Shown here: piece by piece, positions 1 through 15,484 of the stretch
How the letters are laid out: each line of letters starts with the position of its first letter
How positions within the stretch are numbered: position 1 is the stretch's first letter
NCBI GenBank assembly: GCA_963662945.1
Contig: OY759974.1
Location: forward strand, 736,001 to 800,000
DNA length: 64,000 nt
Reading direction: 5' to 3'
From: Arcobacteraceae bacterium
GTDB lineage: Bacteria; Campylobacterota; Campylobacteria; Campylobacterales; Arcobacteraceae
Position numbers and translations under genes: made by a program
The notes under the pieces: generated by a model
Told to the model about the DNA's origin: nothing
Database searches by the model: none
Seen by the model: the letters and a program-made list of their open reading frames with translations, nothing else

Positions 1-5261
<5,261 letters not shown>

Positions 5262-5312
5262 TTATGTTAGTTAAAGTTTTTATCGTATATAAAAACGTAA
5301 GAATAAACATTC

Positions 5313-5398
5313 TAACCTATGCTTGAGCAAATACCAGGCATAGGTTAAAAAGCTAATTCACTTTAAATGACTAATGCTCTGTAAAAATACAGAGCATT
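5313..5398 (-). terminator. Two hairpins in the rplL-rpoB spacer (attenuator/leader structures)
   Basis: AATGCTCTGTA-aaaa-TACAGAGCATT (5373-5398) and TAACCTATGCTTG...CAGGCATAGGTTA (5313-5347). Confidence 0.55.
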
Positions 5399-5431
5399 TT
5401 CTAGCCATAATTTAGTAAATATTAAATAAAA

Positions 5432-5803
5432 TTATTTAATTTCTACTTTAGCTCCAGCAGCTTCTAATGCAGCTTTTGCAGCTTCAGCATCTTCTTTTGA
5501 GATACCTTCTTTAACAACTGCACCAGCTTCTTCAGCCATTGCTTTTGCTTCTTTTAATCCAAGACCAGTTAATCCTCTGATCTCTTTAATAACATTGATT
5601 TTTTTGTCACCAGCATCAACGATAACAACGTTGAATTCTGTTTGCTCTTCACCAGCATCTGCAACTGCAACTGCTCCACCAGCAACTGCAACTGGTTGTG
5701 CAGATACACCAAATTTTTCTTCAAATTCTTTTACTAATTCAGAAAGCTCTAATACGCTTAAACCTGAAATATATTCTAATACATCTTCTTTAGAGATTGC
5801 CAT
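5432..5803 (-). CDS. rplL: 50S ribosomal protein L7/L12
   Basis: [18 protein letters not shown] and TGLGLKEAK motifs; canonical position. Confidence 0.99.
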   Translation of the reverse strand: MAISKEDVLEYISGLSVLELSELVKEFEEKFGVSAQPVAVAGGAVAVADAGEEQTEFNVVIVDAGDKKINVIKEIRGLTGLGLKEAKAMAEEAGAVVKEGISKEDAEAAKAALEAAGAKVEIK

Positions 5804-5874
5804 TTTATTTCCTTTATTTATTCATTATAAATTATAAATTCAAAGTAGCATAATTGCTACTCAACATGAAGCAA

Positions 5875-6363
5875 TTATGCTGCTTCTCCTTCTTTTTTAA
5901 TTCTAAGTGCATCAAGCCCAATAGTAAAGTTTCTAACAGGAGCCATCCATACAGATGCAAGCATTCCAAGTAATTCTTCTCTACCTGGTAATTTAGCAAA
6001 TGCATTAACAGTAGCTGCATCAGCTGCTTTACCTTCAATAACACCAGCTTTGATACTAAAAGTATCTTTGTTAGATGTAGCAAATTTATCAGCAACTTTA
6101 CACGCATTAATTTGATCTTCAGACCAAATGAATATGTTAGTACCTACAAGTTCAATTTCTTCGTGTCCTGCATTTTTAATAGCAATGTTAACTAAAGAAT
6201 TTTTTGCAACTTGTACTTTAGCACCCACTTCTTTAGCAGCTATTCTTAAAGCTTCTAAATTTTTATGTGATGTACCTCTGTAATCTGCAACTACAATCGC
6301 TTGAGAACCAGTAAATTCATTTGTTAATGTTTCAACAATCTCATTTTTTTGTAATTTAGTCAT
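5875..6363 (-). CDS. rplJ: 50S ribosomal protein L10
   Basis: VVADYRG, VAKNSL and KLPGREELLGML motifs; canonical position. Confidence 0.98.
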   Translation of the reverse strand: MTKLQKNEIVETLTNEFTGSQAIVVADYRGTSHKNLEALRIAAKEVGAKVQVAKNSLVNIAIKNAGHEEIELVGTNIFIWSEDQINACKVADKFATSNKDTFSIKAGVIEGKAADAATVNAFAKLPGREELLGMLASVWMAPVRNFTIGLDALRIKKEGEAA

Positions 6364-6384
6364 ATTTTTCCTCCTTTCAAAACA

Positions 6385-6446
6385 GTAGAACTTCAGTAGG
6401 TTTTACAAAACACTGGAGTTGTGTTTAACCGACTATCTTCAGTTTT
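6385..6446 (-). promoter_or_regulatory. Probable L10 leader (autogenous ribosomal protein control RNA)
   Basis: Minus strand reads CTGAAGATAGTCGGTTAAA...AAACCTACTGAAG just upstream of the rplJ RBS, resembling the L10-leader AAGA.AG.AGG...CCUAC.GA.G pattern. Confidence 0.6.
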
Positions 6447-6517
6447 AATGTAGTGCTTTGAATAACACTCAAACGTGAAGACCAAAGTCTTCACTATTGA
6501 ATATTAAATCAATGTAA

Positions 6518-7210
6518 TTATTTAATATCCATCATCTCTAAACTGTCAATAACAACAGATGGAGACATTGTTAAAGATACTGCAGCTTTAGTTACATATC
6601 TACCTTTAGCAGTTGCTGGTTTTGCTTTATTAACAGCAGCCATAATTGCTTTGATATTTTCAACTAATGCTTCAGCTGTAAAAGAAACTTTACCAACACC
6701 AGCGTGAATATTTCCTTTTTTATCAACTCTATATGTAACTTTTCCACCTTTAGCTTCGCTAACAGCTTTTGCTACATCCATAGTAACTGTACCTGTCTTA
6801 GGGTTTGGCATTAACCCTTTTGGTCCAAGTATTCTACCAATTTTACCTACTAATCCCATTGTATCTGGTGTTGCAATAAGTACATCAAACTCAATGTTTC
6901 CAGCTTGGATAGATTCAACTAAATCATCATTACCAACGATATCTGCACCAGCAGCTTTCGCCTCATCCATTTTAGTTCCCTTAGCCATAACTGCAACTCT
7001 TACAGTTTTACCTGTACCGTTTGGAAGTACTACAGCACCTCTGATCATTTGATCAGCGTGTCTTGGATCTATATTTAAGTTTAATGCAATATCAACTGTT
7101 TCGTCGAATTTTGCTGACTTTAATTCTTTTACTAATGCAACTGCATCAGCTAAAGCGTATTGTTTTGTTGTATCTACTTTTTCTAATAAAGATTTATATC
7201 TTTTGCTCAT
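6518..7210 (-). CDS. rplA: 50S ribosomal protein L1
   Basis: KFDETVD and [19 protein letters not shown] motifs. Confidence 0.99.
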   Translation of the reverse strand: MSKRYKSLLEKVDTTKQYALADAVALVKELKSAKFDETVDIALNLNIDPRHADQMIRGAVVLPNGTGKTVRVAVMAKGTKMDEAKAAGADIVGNDDLVESIQAGNIEFDVLIATPDTMGLVGKIGRILGPKGLMPNPKTGTVTMDVAKAVSEAKGGKVTYRVDKKGNIHAGVGKVSFTAEALVENIKAIMAAVNKAKPATAKGRYVTKAAVSLTMSPSVVIDSLEMMDIK

Positions 7211-7255
7211 TTTTTATCTCCGCAATATTTATTTTTTAAGAGTTATACTCTTTTT

Positions 7256-7283
7256 GCTTCCACTTTTAAAGCCTTGTGGTCGT
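7256..7283 (-). promoter_or_regulatory. Possible L1-binding element between rplK and rplA
   Basis: Minus strand CGACCAC-aaggcttttaaaa-GTGGAAGC: CCAC/GTGG stem with flanking GA/AA, resembling the two strands of an L1 site in permuted order. Confidence 0.3.
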
Positions 7284-7313
7284 TTGGCTGATTATTCTTT
7301 AAAATTTTAAAGA

Positions 7314-7736
7314 TTATGCTATTTCAACACCCATACTTCTACATTGACCAGCAACAATTTTCGCAGCTTGCTCAACATCATTAGTATTTAAATCTGCAAT
7401 TTTTTGATTAACAATTTCCATAACTTGTTCTTTTGTTAATTTTGCAATTTTATTTTTTAGAGCATTATCACTACCTTTTTTAATGTTAGCAGCTTTCATA
7501 ATTAACTCACTCATTGGAGGTTGTTTTGTGATAAATGTAAAACTTTTATCAGTATAAACTGTAATCTCAACTGGAATCTTAAATCCTGCATTTTGCTTAG
7601 TTTTTTCATTAAAAGCCTTACAGAACTCCATAATATTAATACCTCTTTGACCAAGTGCTGGTCCTACAGGTGGTGATGGGTTAGCAGCACCAGCTGGAAT
7701 TTGAAGCTTTAAATATCCTTGTATTTTTTTTGCCAT
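7314..7736 (-). CDS. rplK: 50S ribosomal protein L11
   Basis: [26 protein letters not shown] motif. Confidence 0.99.
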   Translation of the reverse strand: MAKKIQGYLKLQIPAGAANPSPPVGPALGQRGINIMEFCKAFNEKTKQNAGFKIPVEITVYTDKSFTFITKQPPMSELIMKAANIKKGSDNALKNKIAKLTKEQVMEIVNQKIADLNTNDVEQAAKIVAGQCRSMGVEIA

Positions 7737-7797
7737 TTTTTTTCCTTAAATATAGTGTTAAGTGTCACATTGAACACTTAAAAATTAGTTAGCGAGA

Positions 7798-7849
7798 TGC
7801 TAAGTACTAAATATTACTCCTAATACTTAGCACTTAGCACTTAGCACTT
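7798..7849. repeat. Heptamer tandem repeat (CACTTAG-type, about 3.5 units) with an inverted copy
   Basis: tacttag-cacttag-cacttag-cacttt at 7824-7850, with complementary gctaagta at 7799-7806. Confidence 0.7.
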
Positions 7850-7854
7850 TTAAA

Positions 7855-8382
7855 TTATTCTACTCTTTCTACTTGTGTATATGAAATTTCTACTGGTGTA
7901 TTTCTACCAAAAATCAATACGTTTAATTTTAACATTCCTGAACTCATATCAAATGATTCAACAATACCATTAAAGTTAGCAAATGAACCTTCTTTAATTC
8001 TAAGCATTTCACCTTCATCAAACGAAACTTTTGGTTTAGCTGCTGCTCTATTATTTACTTTTTCTAGAATTTGATTAATATCTTTTTCACTTAAAGGTGA
8101 AGGTTTTTTAGACTCTCCAATAAATCTTCCAACTTTTGGCATAGATTGTATTGCATGCCAAAGCGCTGTATCAAGGTCTATTCTTGCAAATACATATGCA
8201 GAATATAATGGTTTTTCAACTATTACCTTTTTCCCTTTTTTTATCTCAATTAAATCTTCAGTTGGAACTAGAACCTGTTCAATTCTTCCATCTGCCATAT
8301 CTTTTGAAAGCTTTTCAAGAGCATTTTTAATAGTTAATTCACTACCTGAGTGTGTTTGTATTGCGTACCAATTATGTGCCAT
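7855..8382 (-). CDS. nusG: Transcription elongation factor NusG
   Basis: WYAIQTHSGSE N-terminus; C-terminal KOW domain ending IFGRNTPVE. Confidence 0.98.
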   Translation of the reverse strand: MAHNWYAIQTHSGSELTIKNALEKLSKDMADGRIEQVLVPTEDLIEIKKGKKVIVEKPLYSAYVFARIDLDTALWHAIQSMPKVGRFIGESKKPSPLSEKDINQILEKVNNRAAAKPKVSFDEGEMLRIKEGSFANFNGIVESFDMSSGMLKLNVLIFGRNTPVEISYTQVERVE

Positions 8383-8389
8383 ATTAATC

Positions 8390-8572
8390 CTAACTCATTA
8401 TAGATGATAAACTTACTGACATAATTGCATCAATAAGTGCTAAAAATAGTGAAATTACTGTCACTACAACAAAAACTGAAAGAAAAGCACTTCTAATTTG
8501 CTCTTTGATTGGAAAAATTACTTTGTGTAATTCATCTTTTGCTTGTTTATAATAAAAACGTAATTTATTCAA
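8390..8572 (-). CDS. secE: Preprotein translocase subunit SecE
   Basis: ELHKVIFP motif plus a single TM helix; lies between tRNA-Trp and nusG; TTG start. Confidence 0.95.
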   Translation of the reverse strand: MNKLRFYYKQAKDELHKVIFPIKEQIRSAFLSVFVVVTVISLFLALIDAIMSVSLSSIMS

Positions 8573-8653
8573 AATAATACCTTCTATAGTTTTTAAGTAT
8601 TAAGTGTTAAAAAGATAATTATCTACTTAACACTTAGTACTTTTCAATTGATG

Positions 8654-8729
8654 TGGCAGGCCAAGAGGGACTCGAACCCCCAGCACCCGGATTTGGAATC
8701 CGGTGCTCTACCATTGGAGCTATTGGCCT
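8654..8729 (-). tRNA. tRNA-Trp(CCA)
   Basis: AGGCCAA/TTGGCCT acceptor stem, anticodon loop TTCCAAA, GTTCGAG T-loop, encoded CCA. Confidence 0.97.
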
Positions 8730-8740
8730 TTGCATAGTTT

Positions 8741-8766
8741 TGTAAAAAGCCAAAAGGCTTTTTACA
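8741..8766. terminator. Hairpin after rpmG
   Basis: TGTAAAAAGCC-aaaa-GGCTTTTTACA, perfect 11-bp stem. Confidence 0.6.
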
Positions 8767-8775
8767 GTTAAGAAA

Positions 8776-8940
8776 TTAAGATTTTAACTTAACTTCTTTA
8801 TGTGTAGTGTGTTTTTTAAGTCTTGGACTATATTTTTTTACTTCAAACTTTTCAGAATGAGTTTTTGGATTTTTCATTGTTGTGTAGTTGATGTCACCAC
8901 TTTCTACACATTTTAATCCAATTTTAATTCTATCACCCAT
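8776..8940 (-). CDS. rpmG: 50S ribosomal protein L33 (54 aa, absent from the ORF track)
   Basis: [54 protein letters not shown]; canonical position after tuf. Confidence 0.97.
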   Translation of the reverse strand: MGDRIKIGLKCVESGDINYTTMKNPKTHSEKFEVKKYSPRLKKHTTHKEVKLKS

Positions 8941-8946
8941 GATTGA

Positions 8947-10155
8947 CTACTCAATAATCTCAGCAACAACACCAGCACCAACAGTTCTACCACCTTCTCT
9001 GATCGCGAACTTTGTACCTTTTTCAAGTGCAACTGGGTTAACTAAAGTAACTGTCATTTCAACATTATCACCTGGCATAACCATTTCTGTACCTTCTGGT
9101 AATTCAACTGAACCTGTAACGTCTGTTGTTCTTACATAGAATTGTGGTCTGTATCCTGAGAAGAATGGAGTATGTCTTCCACCCTCTTCTTTAGAAAGGA
9201 TATATGTTTCACATCTGAATTTTGTATGTGGTGTAATTGATTTTGGTTTACAAAGAACTTGTCCTCTTTCAACTGCTTCTTTAGCGATACCTCTTAAAAG
9301 AATACCACAGTTATCACCAGCTTCACCTTGCTCCATCTCTTTTCTAAACATCTCAACACCTGTTACAGTTGTTGTTTGTGTATCTCTAATACCAACGATC
9401 TCAATTGTTTCACCAACTTTGATTGTTCCTTTTTCAATTCTACCAGTTACAACTGTTCCTCTTCCTGAGATTGAGAAAACATCTTCAACAGGCATTAAGA
9501 AATCTTGATCAGTATCTCTAACTGGAGTTGGGATGTAAGCATCTACTTCAGCCATAAGATTATAAATTTTCTCTGCCCATACACCAGCTGTACCAGCTTT
9601 AGCTTCTTCTAATGCTTGGAATGCAGAACCAGCAACGATTGGAGTATCATCACCTGGGAAATCGTAATCAGAAAGTAACTCTCTAACTTCCATTTCAACT
9701 AATTCTAACATTTCATCTTTATCTTCATCATCTAATTGATCTTCTTTATTTAAGAATACAACGATGTAAGGTACACCTACTTGTTTAGAAAGAAGAATGT
9801 GCTCTCTTGTTTGTGCCATAGGACCATCTGTAGCAGCAATAACTAGGATAGCACCATCCATTTGTGCAGCACCAGTAATCATGTTTTTAACGTAATCGGC
9901 GTGACCTGGACAATCTACGTGTGCGTAGTGTCTTGTTTCTGTTTCATACTCAACGTGAGAAGTAGCAATTGTAATACCTCTTTCTCTTTCTTCTGGAGCA
10001 TTATCAATTTGATCATAATCCATTGTTGCTTGACCATTTTTAAGCCCTAAACACATTGTGATAGCAGCTGTTAATGTTGTTTTACCGTGGTCAACGTGAC
10101 CAATTGTACCTATGTTAACGTGTGGTTTACTTCTGTCAAATTTTTCTTTTGCCAT
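8947..10155 (-). CDS. tuf: Elongation factor Tu
   Basis: [20 protein letters not shown] and [13 protein letters not shown] motifs. Confidence 0.99.
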   Translation of the reverse strand: MAKEKFDRSKPHVNIGTIGHVDHGKTTLTAAITMCLGLKNGQATMDYDQIDNAPEERERGITIATSHVEYETETRHYAHVDCPGHADYVKNMITGAAQMDGAILVIAATDGPMAQTREHILLSKQVGVPYIVVFLNKEDQLDDEDKDEMLELVEMEVRELLSDYDFPGDDTPIVAGSAFQALEEAKAGTAGVWAEKIYNLMAEVDAYIPTPVRDTDQDFLMPVEDVFSISGRGTVVTGRIEKGTIKVGETIEIVGIRDTQTTTVTGVEMFRKEMEQGEAGDNCGILLRGIAKEAVERGQVLCKPKSITPHTKFRCETYILSKEEGGRHTPFFSGYRPQFYVRTTDVTGSVELPEGTEMVMPGDNVEMTVTLVNPVALEKGTKFAIREGGRTVGAGVVAEIIE

Positions 10156-10257
10156 AATTTTTCCTTAAGATTTTGTTTAATTACCCTCTGAGTAGATAAG
10201 CCTTGGGCTAATCTATTCAAAGGGAAAGTTTATTTATTTTTTGTACTCATTTATAAG

Positions 10258-10332
<75 letters not shown>

Positions 10333-10456
10333 GGTATTTTACAATACTTAACCTGAAATTATACTAAAATGATTACATGGAATTACTAAATTATTAAAAT
10401 TATATAAAATGAGTTACGATATGTTCGTATTGAACTCAGCTTCCAGTGTAATTTTT

Positions 10457-10533
10457 TGGAGCGGGAGACGAGACTCGAACTCGCGACAATCTGCTTGGAA
10501 GGCAGAGGCTCTAGCCAACTGAGCTACTCCCGC
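10457..10533 (-). tRNA. tRNA-Gly(TCC)
   Basis: GCGGGAG/CTCCCGC acceptor stem, anticodon loop CTTCCAA, CCA end. Confidence 0.97.
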
Positions 10534-10543
10534 TTAAGTAGTA

Positions 10544-10628
10544 TGGTGGTGGGAGAAGGATTTGAACCTTCGAAGCCGTAGGCGGCGGATTTACAATCCG
10601 CAGGATTTGACCACTCTCCAATCCCACC
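10544..10628 (-). tRNA. tRNA-Tyr(GTA)
   Basis: GGTGGGA/TCCCACC acceptor stem, GCGGA-TTGTAAA-TCCGC anticodon arm, long variable arm, CCA end. Confidence 0.97.
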
Positions 10629-10682
10629 GTAATTACTGGTATAGCGCTGATCTTTTTAAGATGAACACTGAACAATGATAAA

Positions 10683-10758
10683 TGGAGCTTCAAATAGGAC
10701 TTGAACCTACGACCTGCTGATTACAAATCAGCTGCTCTACCAACTGAGCTATTGAAGC
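10683..10758 (-). tRNA. tRNA-Thr(TGT)
   Basis: GCTTCAA/TTGAAGC acceptor stem, GCTGA-TTTGTAA-TCAGC anticodon arm, CCA end. Confidence 0.97.
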
Positions 10759-10825
10759 ATAAAAACAATCACAAAGAACTCAATGTTCTTTAAAAATCTA
10801 ACATCAAGTTAGTTTTTTAAATTCA

Positions 10826-10901
10826 TGGTGGCGCGAGACAGAATCGAACTGTCGACACAAGGATTTTCAGTCCTTTGCTCTACCGACTGAGCTATCGAGC
10901 C
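10826..10901 (-). tRNA. tRNA-Phe(GAA)
   Basis: GGCTCGATAGCTCAGTCGGTAGAGCAAAGGACTGAAAATCCTT...GTTCGATT...CCA. Confidence 0.96.
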
Positions 10902-10924
10902 ATCTTCTTTGTTTTTGGACTGAA

Positions 10925-10960
10925 ATTATATAGAAGTAATACTTAATAAATACTTAATTA
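10925..10960 (-). promoter_or_regulatory. sigma70 promoter of the tRNA-tuf operon
   Basis: TATAAT at 10930-10925, about 24 nt upstream of tRNA-Phe, preceded by periodic TTAAGTA repeats typical of Campylobacterota promoters. Confidence 0.65.
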
Positions 10961-10987
10961 TAAGACAAATTTTTAAATTTTGCAAAA

Positions 10988-12145
10988 TTAAGAATTTTCA
11001 CCAATTATTCGCTTAAATTCTTCCCCTCTATGTACATAAGAATTAAACTGATCTAATGATGCTGCAGCTGGTGAAAGCATATTAATTGATGTACTAATTT
11101 TAAAAAGAGGATTTGTAATAATATTCTTAATCGCTACTTCTAAAGTAAAACAATCAATACATTGAATATTATATGTATGTGACAACTCCACTAATTTTTG
11201 CGTATTTTTTCCAATTGCAAATATTCTTACTTTATATTTTACTATCTCTTGAAATAAAGGATTTAAATCAACACCTTTATCATCTCCACCCAAAATCAGA
11301 TTTATCGAATCCTCTTTATATGTTCGTAAAGCTTGTATCACAGCATCAATATTTGTTGCTTTACTATCATCAACCCATATATTTTTATTTTTATCTTTGA
11401 ACTCTTCTAATTTGTGTGGGTCTTGTATAAAACTATTGATTAGTTCATAATTTATATTTTGATTATAAAGTTTTGTTGCTGCTAAAGCTAATACAGCATC
11501 TTGTAAAAATGGTTCTTTAAAATCAATTTTTGATATATCTATATTAAATTGATTTGCTATGTCACTTGTATTTTCATAAGTGTATACTTGTGCAGCTGTT
11601 TGAAACTCTTTATATTTAGATGGTATTATAGCTATATCATTTTCATTCATCATAGTTAATGGTTTTAACTTAGCATTTTCATATTCACCAAAAGTTCCAT
11701 GCCAATATATATGATCTTCTGTGATTGGTAAAAGAATATAGATATTTGGTTTTACTTTTGAAGTATAATGTAATGTAAAAGAAGATGTTTCTAAGATTGC
11801 TTTTTTCTCTTTACTTATTTTAGCCAAAGGGATACCAATATTTCCACCACAAGCAAAACCATCATTTTTTAAGAGATGATATAACATTGAAGTAGTTGTT
11901 GTTTTTCCGTTAGTACCACTTATCCAAATAGTATATTGTGACTCATCTAAAAATAAATCATAGTCACTTATTGGATTTTTTGTATTCTGTACAAGATAGT
12001 TATGTGGAGGTATTCCTGGGCTTACTACAGTTGGTTCAGAACTTTCTATATCAAATTCATTTTTATCATCATCATCATAAAGTTTTACATCTTTATACAA
12101 CTCTTGTATTGCAAGAGCTGTTTTTCCTTTACCTAAAACTCTCAT
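10988..12145 (-). CDS. murD: UDP-N-acetylmuramoyl-L-alanine--D-glutamate ligase
   Basis: VVSPGIP, SGTNGKTTT, DDSKATN and LSPAAASLDQF motifs. Confidence 0.96.
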   Translation of the reverse strand: MRVLGKGKTALAIQELYKDVKLYDDDDKNEFDIESSEPTVVSPGIPPHNYLVQNTKNPISDYDLFLDESQYTIWISGTNGKTTTTSMLYHLLKNDGFACGGNIGIPLAKISKEKKAILETSSFTLHYTSKVKPNIYILLPITEDHIYWHGTFGEYENAKLKPLTMMNENDIAIIPSKYKEFQTAAQVYTYENTSDIANQFNIDISKIDFKEPFLQDAVLALAATKLYNQNINYELINSFIQDPHKLEEFKDKNKNIWVDDSKATNIDAVIQALRTYKEDSINLILGGDDKGVDLNPLFQEIVKYKVRIFAIGKNTQKLVELSHTYNIQCIDCFTLEVAIKNIITNPLFKISTSINMLSPAAASLDQFNSYVHRGEEFKRIIGENS

Positions 12146-13206
12146 TATCTAATTTTTAAACTAAGGATTGCTAAAAGGTTTGACATAAATGCAATAATCC
12201 AAAACCGTATGATAACTTTATTTTCATGCCAACCTTTCTCTTCAAAATGGTGATGAATAGGAGCCATAAGAAAAACTCGTTTTTTTCGTAATTTAAAACT
12301 TCCTACTTGCAATATAACAGATACTGTTTCCATAACAAATAAAAATCCAATAATAACAAGTAAAATTTCACTTTTTCCTACTATTGCCAAATATCCCATA
12401 AATCCACCAATAGCTAAACTTCCACTATCTCCCATAAAAACTTGTGCTGGATGTGAGTTGTACCATAAAAATGCTATTAATGAACCTACAAAAGCAGAAC
12501 CTACAATAGCAAGTTCTCCTACTGTTTTAATATTTGGTAGTAAAAGATATCCACTAAATATAGCATGACCAGTAATATATACAATTACAGATAATGTAAA
12601 AAATGAAACTATAGAAGGGACAACAGCTAATCCATCAAGTCCATCAGTTAAGTTTACAGCATTTGATGTAGCAACCATAACTAATATCCAAAAAACAACT
12701 GCGAATAATCCCATATCAACTAAAGGATATTTATAAAAAGGGGCATAAAGTTCAGTTGTATGTCCTATATAAAATAAAACTCCAACTACTACCCCTGCAC
12801 TTAGTGTCTGTAATATAAGTTTTCCTCGTGCACTTAAACCTGCACTGTTTTTATTATTTGAAACTTTTGCTAAATCATCTTTAATCCCTATAAGACTAAA
12901 GAGTGCGATAATTAAAACACCGCCTATTACATAAAAGTTATTTAATTTAGCTGTTAATAATGTAGCAAGAATAGTTGTGAAAACAAAGACTACTCCTCCC
13001 ATTGTTGGGGTTCCCACTTTTGTTTGATGAGAATTTGGTGCATGTTCATAAATAGGTTGGCTTTTTTTTCTATTTTGTGCCCAACGAATAAATTTTGGCA
13101 TTATATAAAATGTTAAAAAAAATGCTATAAAAAATGCTAAACCCGCACGAACAGAGATATATTGAAAAATGTTAATATCGAGATGTCTATAGAACCAATA
13201 AAACAA
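12145..13206 (-). CDS. mraY: Phospho-N-acetylmuramoyl-pentapeptide transferase
   Basis: [26 protein letters not shown] and MAPIHHHFE motifs. Confidence 0.98.
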   Translation of the reverse strand: MFYWFYRHLDINIFQYISVRAGLAFFIAFFLTFYIMPKFIRWAQNRKKSQPIYEHAPNSHQTKVGTPTMGGVVFVFTTILATLLTAKLNNFYVIGGVLIIALFSLIGIKDDLAKVSNNKNSAGLSARGKLILQTLSAGVVVGVLFYIGHTTELYAPFYKYPLVDMGLFAVVFWILVMVATSNAVNLTDGLDGLAVVPSIVSFFTLSVIVYITGHAIFSGYLLLPNIKTVGELAIVGSAFVGSLIAFLWYNSHPAQVFMGDSGSLAIGGFMGYLAIVGKSEILLVIIGFLFVMETVSVILQVGSFKLRKKRVFLMAPIHHHFEEKGWHENKVIIRFWIIAFMSNLLAILSLKIR

Positions 13207-13286
13207 TTTGAAACCTTTTTAAGTAGTTATGTGTTAATATATTAAATTAAAAAGGGATTATATCCTAAAGTTTATTAAGGTTATAA

Positions 13287-14765
13287 ATGAGAAATAAAAA
13301 AACTATATTAATCATTACTGATGGAATTGGTCATAACAGTTCTTGCAATTTTAACGCTTTTTGTAATGCTAATAAACCAACATACGATAAATTATTTAAA
13401 GAAGTTCCTTATAGTTTGATACAAACTTATGGAGAATATGTAGGACTTCCTGATGGACAAATGGGAAACAGTGAAGTTGGACATATGAGTATTGGAAGTG
13501 GAAGAGTTCTTTATCAAGATTTAGTAAAAATCAATCTTGCAATTAAAAATGATACATTAAAAGAAAATAAAGTTTTACAAGAGACTTTAAATAGTGCAAA
13601 TAACTTACATATTATTGGACTTTTAAGTGATGGTGGTGTTCACTCTCATATTGATCATCTTATTGCGTTAGCAAAAATAGGAAAAGCCAACAATAAAAAA
13701 GTATTTTTACACCTTATTACAGATGGTAGAGATGTAGCACCAGATAGTGGATATAGTTATATGAAACAGATTGAAGAGATCTGTGATGAAAATATATCTA
13801 TAGCAACTGTTGGTGGTAGATATTATGGTATGGATAGAGATAATAACTGGGATAGAGTTCAAAAAGCTTATGATGTCATAGCAAATGGAACTAACCCTAC
13901 TACATCAACTATTGAACAATTTATACAAGAGCAATATTCAAAGAATATTTTTGATGAGTTTTTAGAACCTACTTCATTTAATAGTTATAATGGAATTCAA
14001 AATAATGATGCTTTAATCTTTGCAAACTTTAGAAGCGATAGAGCAAGAGAGTTAAGTTTTGCATTTGGTTCAAATGATTTTCATGAATTTCCAACAAAAA
14101 ATATAACACTCCATCTTGCAACTATGACACAGTATGATAAAAACTTACCATTACCAGTTCTTTTCCCAAAAGAAACTCCTAAAAATGTTTTAAGTGAAGT
14201 TATTAGTAATGCTGGTTTAACACAACTACATACAGCAGAAACAGAAAAATATGCTCACGTAACATTTTTCTTTAATGGAGGAGTTGAAGAACCTTTTAAA
14301 AATGAACAAAGAGTTTTAATACCATCTCCAAAAGTAGCAACGTATGATATGCAACCGCAAATGTCAGCACCTGAAGTAAGTTTAGCTGTACAACAAGGGA
14401 TGGATGAGCAAAAAGATTTTATTGTTGTAAACTTTGCAAATGGAGATATGGTAGGACATACAGGTGTCTATGATGCTGGAATTAAAGCTGTTGAAGCTGT
14501 TGATAAAGAGTTAGGAACTATTATAGATAAAGCAAAAGTGTGTGGATACAATGTAGTTCTTACATCAGACCATGGAAACTGTGAAATGATGAAAGATGAG
14601 AGTGGAAAAACACTTACAAATCATACGGTCGGAGATGTATACTGCTTTGTTATAGCTGATGGTGTTACAAAAGTAAAAACAGGAGCTTTAAATAATATTG
14701 CTCCAACTGTTTTAAAACTGATGGATTTAGAAATTCCTGCAGATATGGATGAACCACTTATATAA
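13287..14765 (+). CDS. gpmI: 2,3-bisphosphoglycerate-independent phosphoglycerate mutase
   Basis: [29 protein letters not shown] and DMVGHTG motifs. Confidence 0.97.
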   Translation: MRNKKTILIITDGIGHNSSCNFNAFCNANKPTYDKLFKEVPYSLIQTYGEYVGLPDGQMGNSEVGHMSIGSGRVLYQDLVKINLAIKNDTLKENKVLQETLNSANNLHIIGLLSDGGVHSHIDHLIALAKIGKANNKKVFLHLITDGRDVAPDSGYSYMKQIEEICDENISIATVGGRYYGMDRDNNWDRVQKAYDVIANGTNPTTSTIEQFIQEQYSKNIFDEFLEPTSFNSYNGIQNNDALIFANFRSDRARELSFAFGSNDFHEFPTKNITLHLATMTQYDKNLPLPVLFPKETPKNVLSEVISNAGLTQLHTAETEKYAHVTFFFNGGVEEPFKNEQRVLIPSPKVATYDMQPQMSAPEVSLAVQQGMDEQKDFIVVNFANGDMVGHTGVYDAGIKAVEAVDKELGTIIDKAKVCGYNVVLTSDHGNCEMMKDESGKTLTNHTVGDVYCFVIADGVTKVKTGALNNIAPTVLKLMDLEIPADMDEPLI

Positions 14766-14767
14766 AT

Positions 14768-15484
14768 ATGTCAAACTTACAAATATCTCAATTAATCGTT
14801 AAAGAGGGCAATAATAATACCCTTGTAAATCTTTTTGAAAATAATGATATCAATTTAGATATTCAATCCTCTTTAGCCCTTGTTGGGCAAAGTGGTAGTG
14901 GAAAATCTTTGAGTTTAAAAACAATTCTTGGAATGTTACCAAAAAATTTAACTACTCAATTTAAATACACAAGTGATTTTGAATTAAGTAAACAAAATAT
15001 AGGTTTTATACCTCAAAATCCATTTACTTCACTCTCTCCAATGACTAAAATATATAAACAGTTTTTTTGTAATGAAGAAAAGATAAAAGAACTGTTTGAA
15101 TTAGTAAAACTGGATATTGAACTTAAAGATAAATTTCCAGTCCAATTAAGTGGTGGACAACTTCAAAGAGTTGTTATAGCAATAGCTTTAAGTAACAATC
15201 CAAAACTTCTTTTGTTAGATGAACCAACAACAGCACTTGACAGCCAAAGTAAAAAAAATATTTTGAGTATTTTAAAAGAGTTGCAAGAAAAACTTGGATT
15301 TTTAATAATATTTGTAAGTCATGATATTCAAAGTGTAGAAAATATTTGTGAAGAGATTGCTGTTTTAAAAAATGGTGTTATTTGCGAATATGGAAAAACT
15401 TTAGATATTATTAAAAACCCACAAAATAGTTATACTCAAGAATTACTTACAAGCAATTTTGAGAACAGAGGATTTAGAGTTTGA
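14768..15484 (+). CDS. ABC transporter ATP-binding protein (DppD/NikD-like)
   Basis: Walker A GQSGSGKS, signature LSGGQ, Walker B LLLDEPT, H-loop SHD. Confidence 0.9.
   Translation: MSNLQISQLIVKEGNNNTLVNLFENNDINLDIQSSLALVGQSGSGKSLSLKTILGMLPKNLTTQFKYTSDFELSKQNIGFIPQNPFTSLSPMTKIYKQFFCNEEKIKELFELVKLDIELKDKFPVQLSGGQLQRVVIAIALSNNPKLLLLDEPTTALDSQSKKNILSILKELQEKLGFLIIFVSHDIQSVENICEEIAVLKNGVICEYGKTLDIIKNPQNSYTQELLTSNFENRGFRV

Noticed and set aside
7798-7850. CRISPR-like repeats
   Set aside because: 7-bp tandem units with no spacers and no cas genes; no array seen anywhere in the window
10511-10693. 60-aa ORF in the tRNA cluster
   Set aside because: Overlaps the tRNA-Gly, tRNA-Tyr and tRNA-Thr genes
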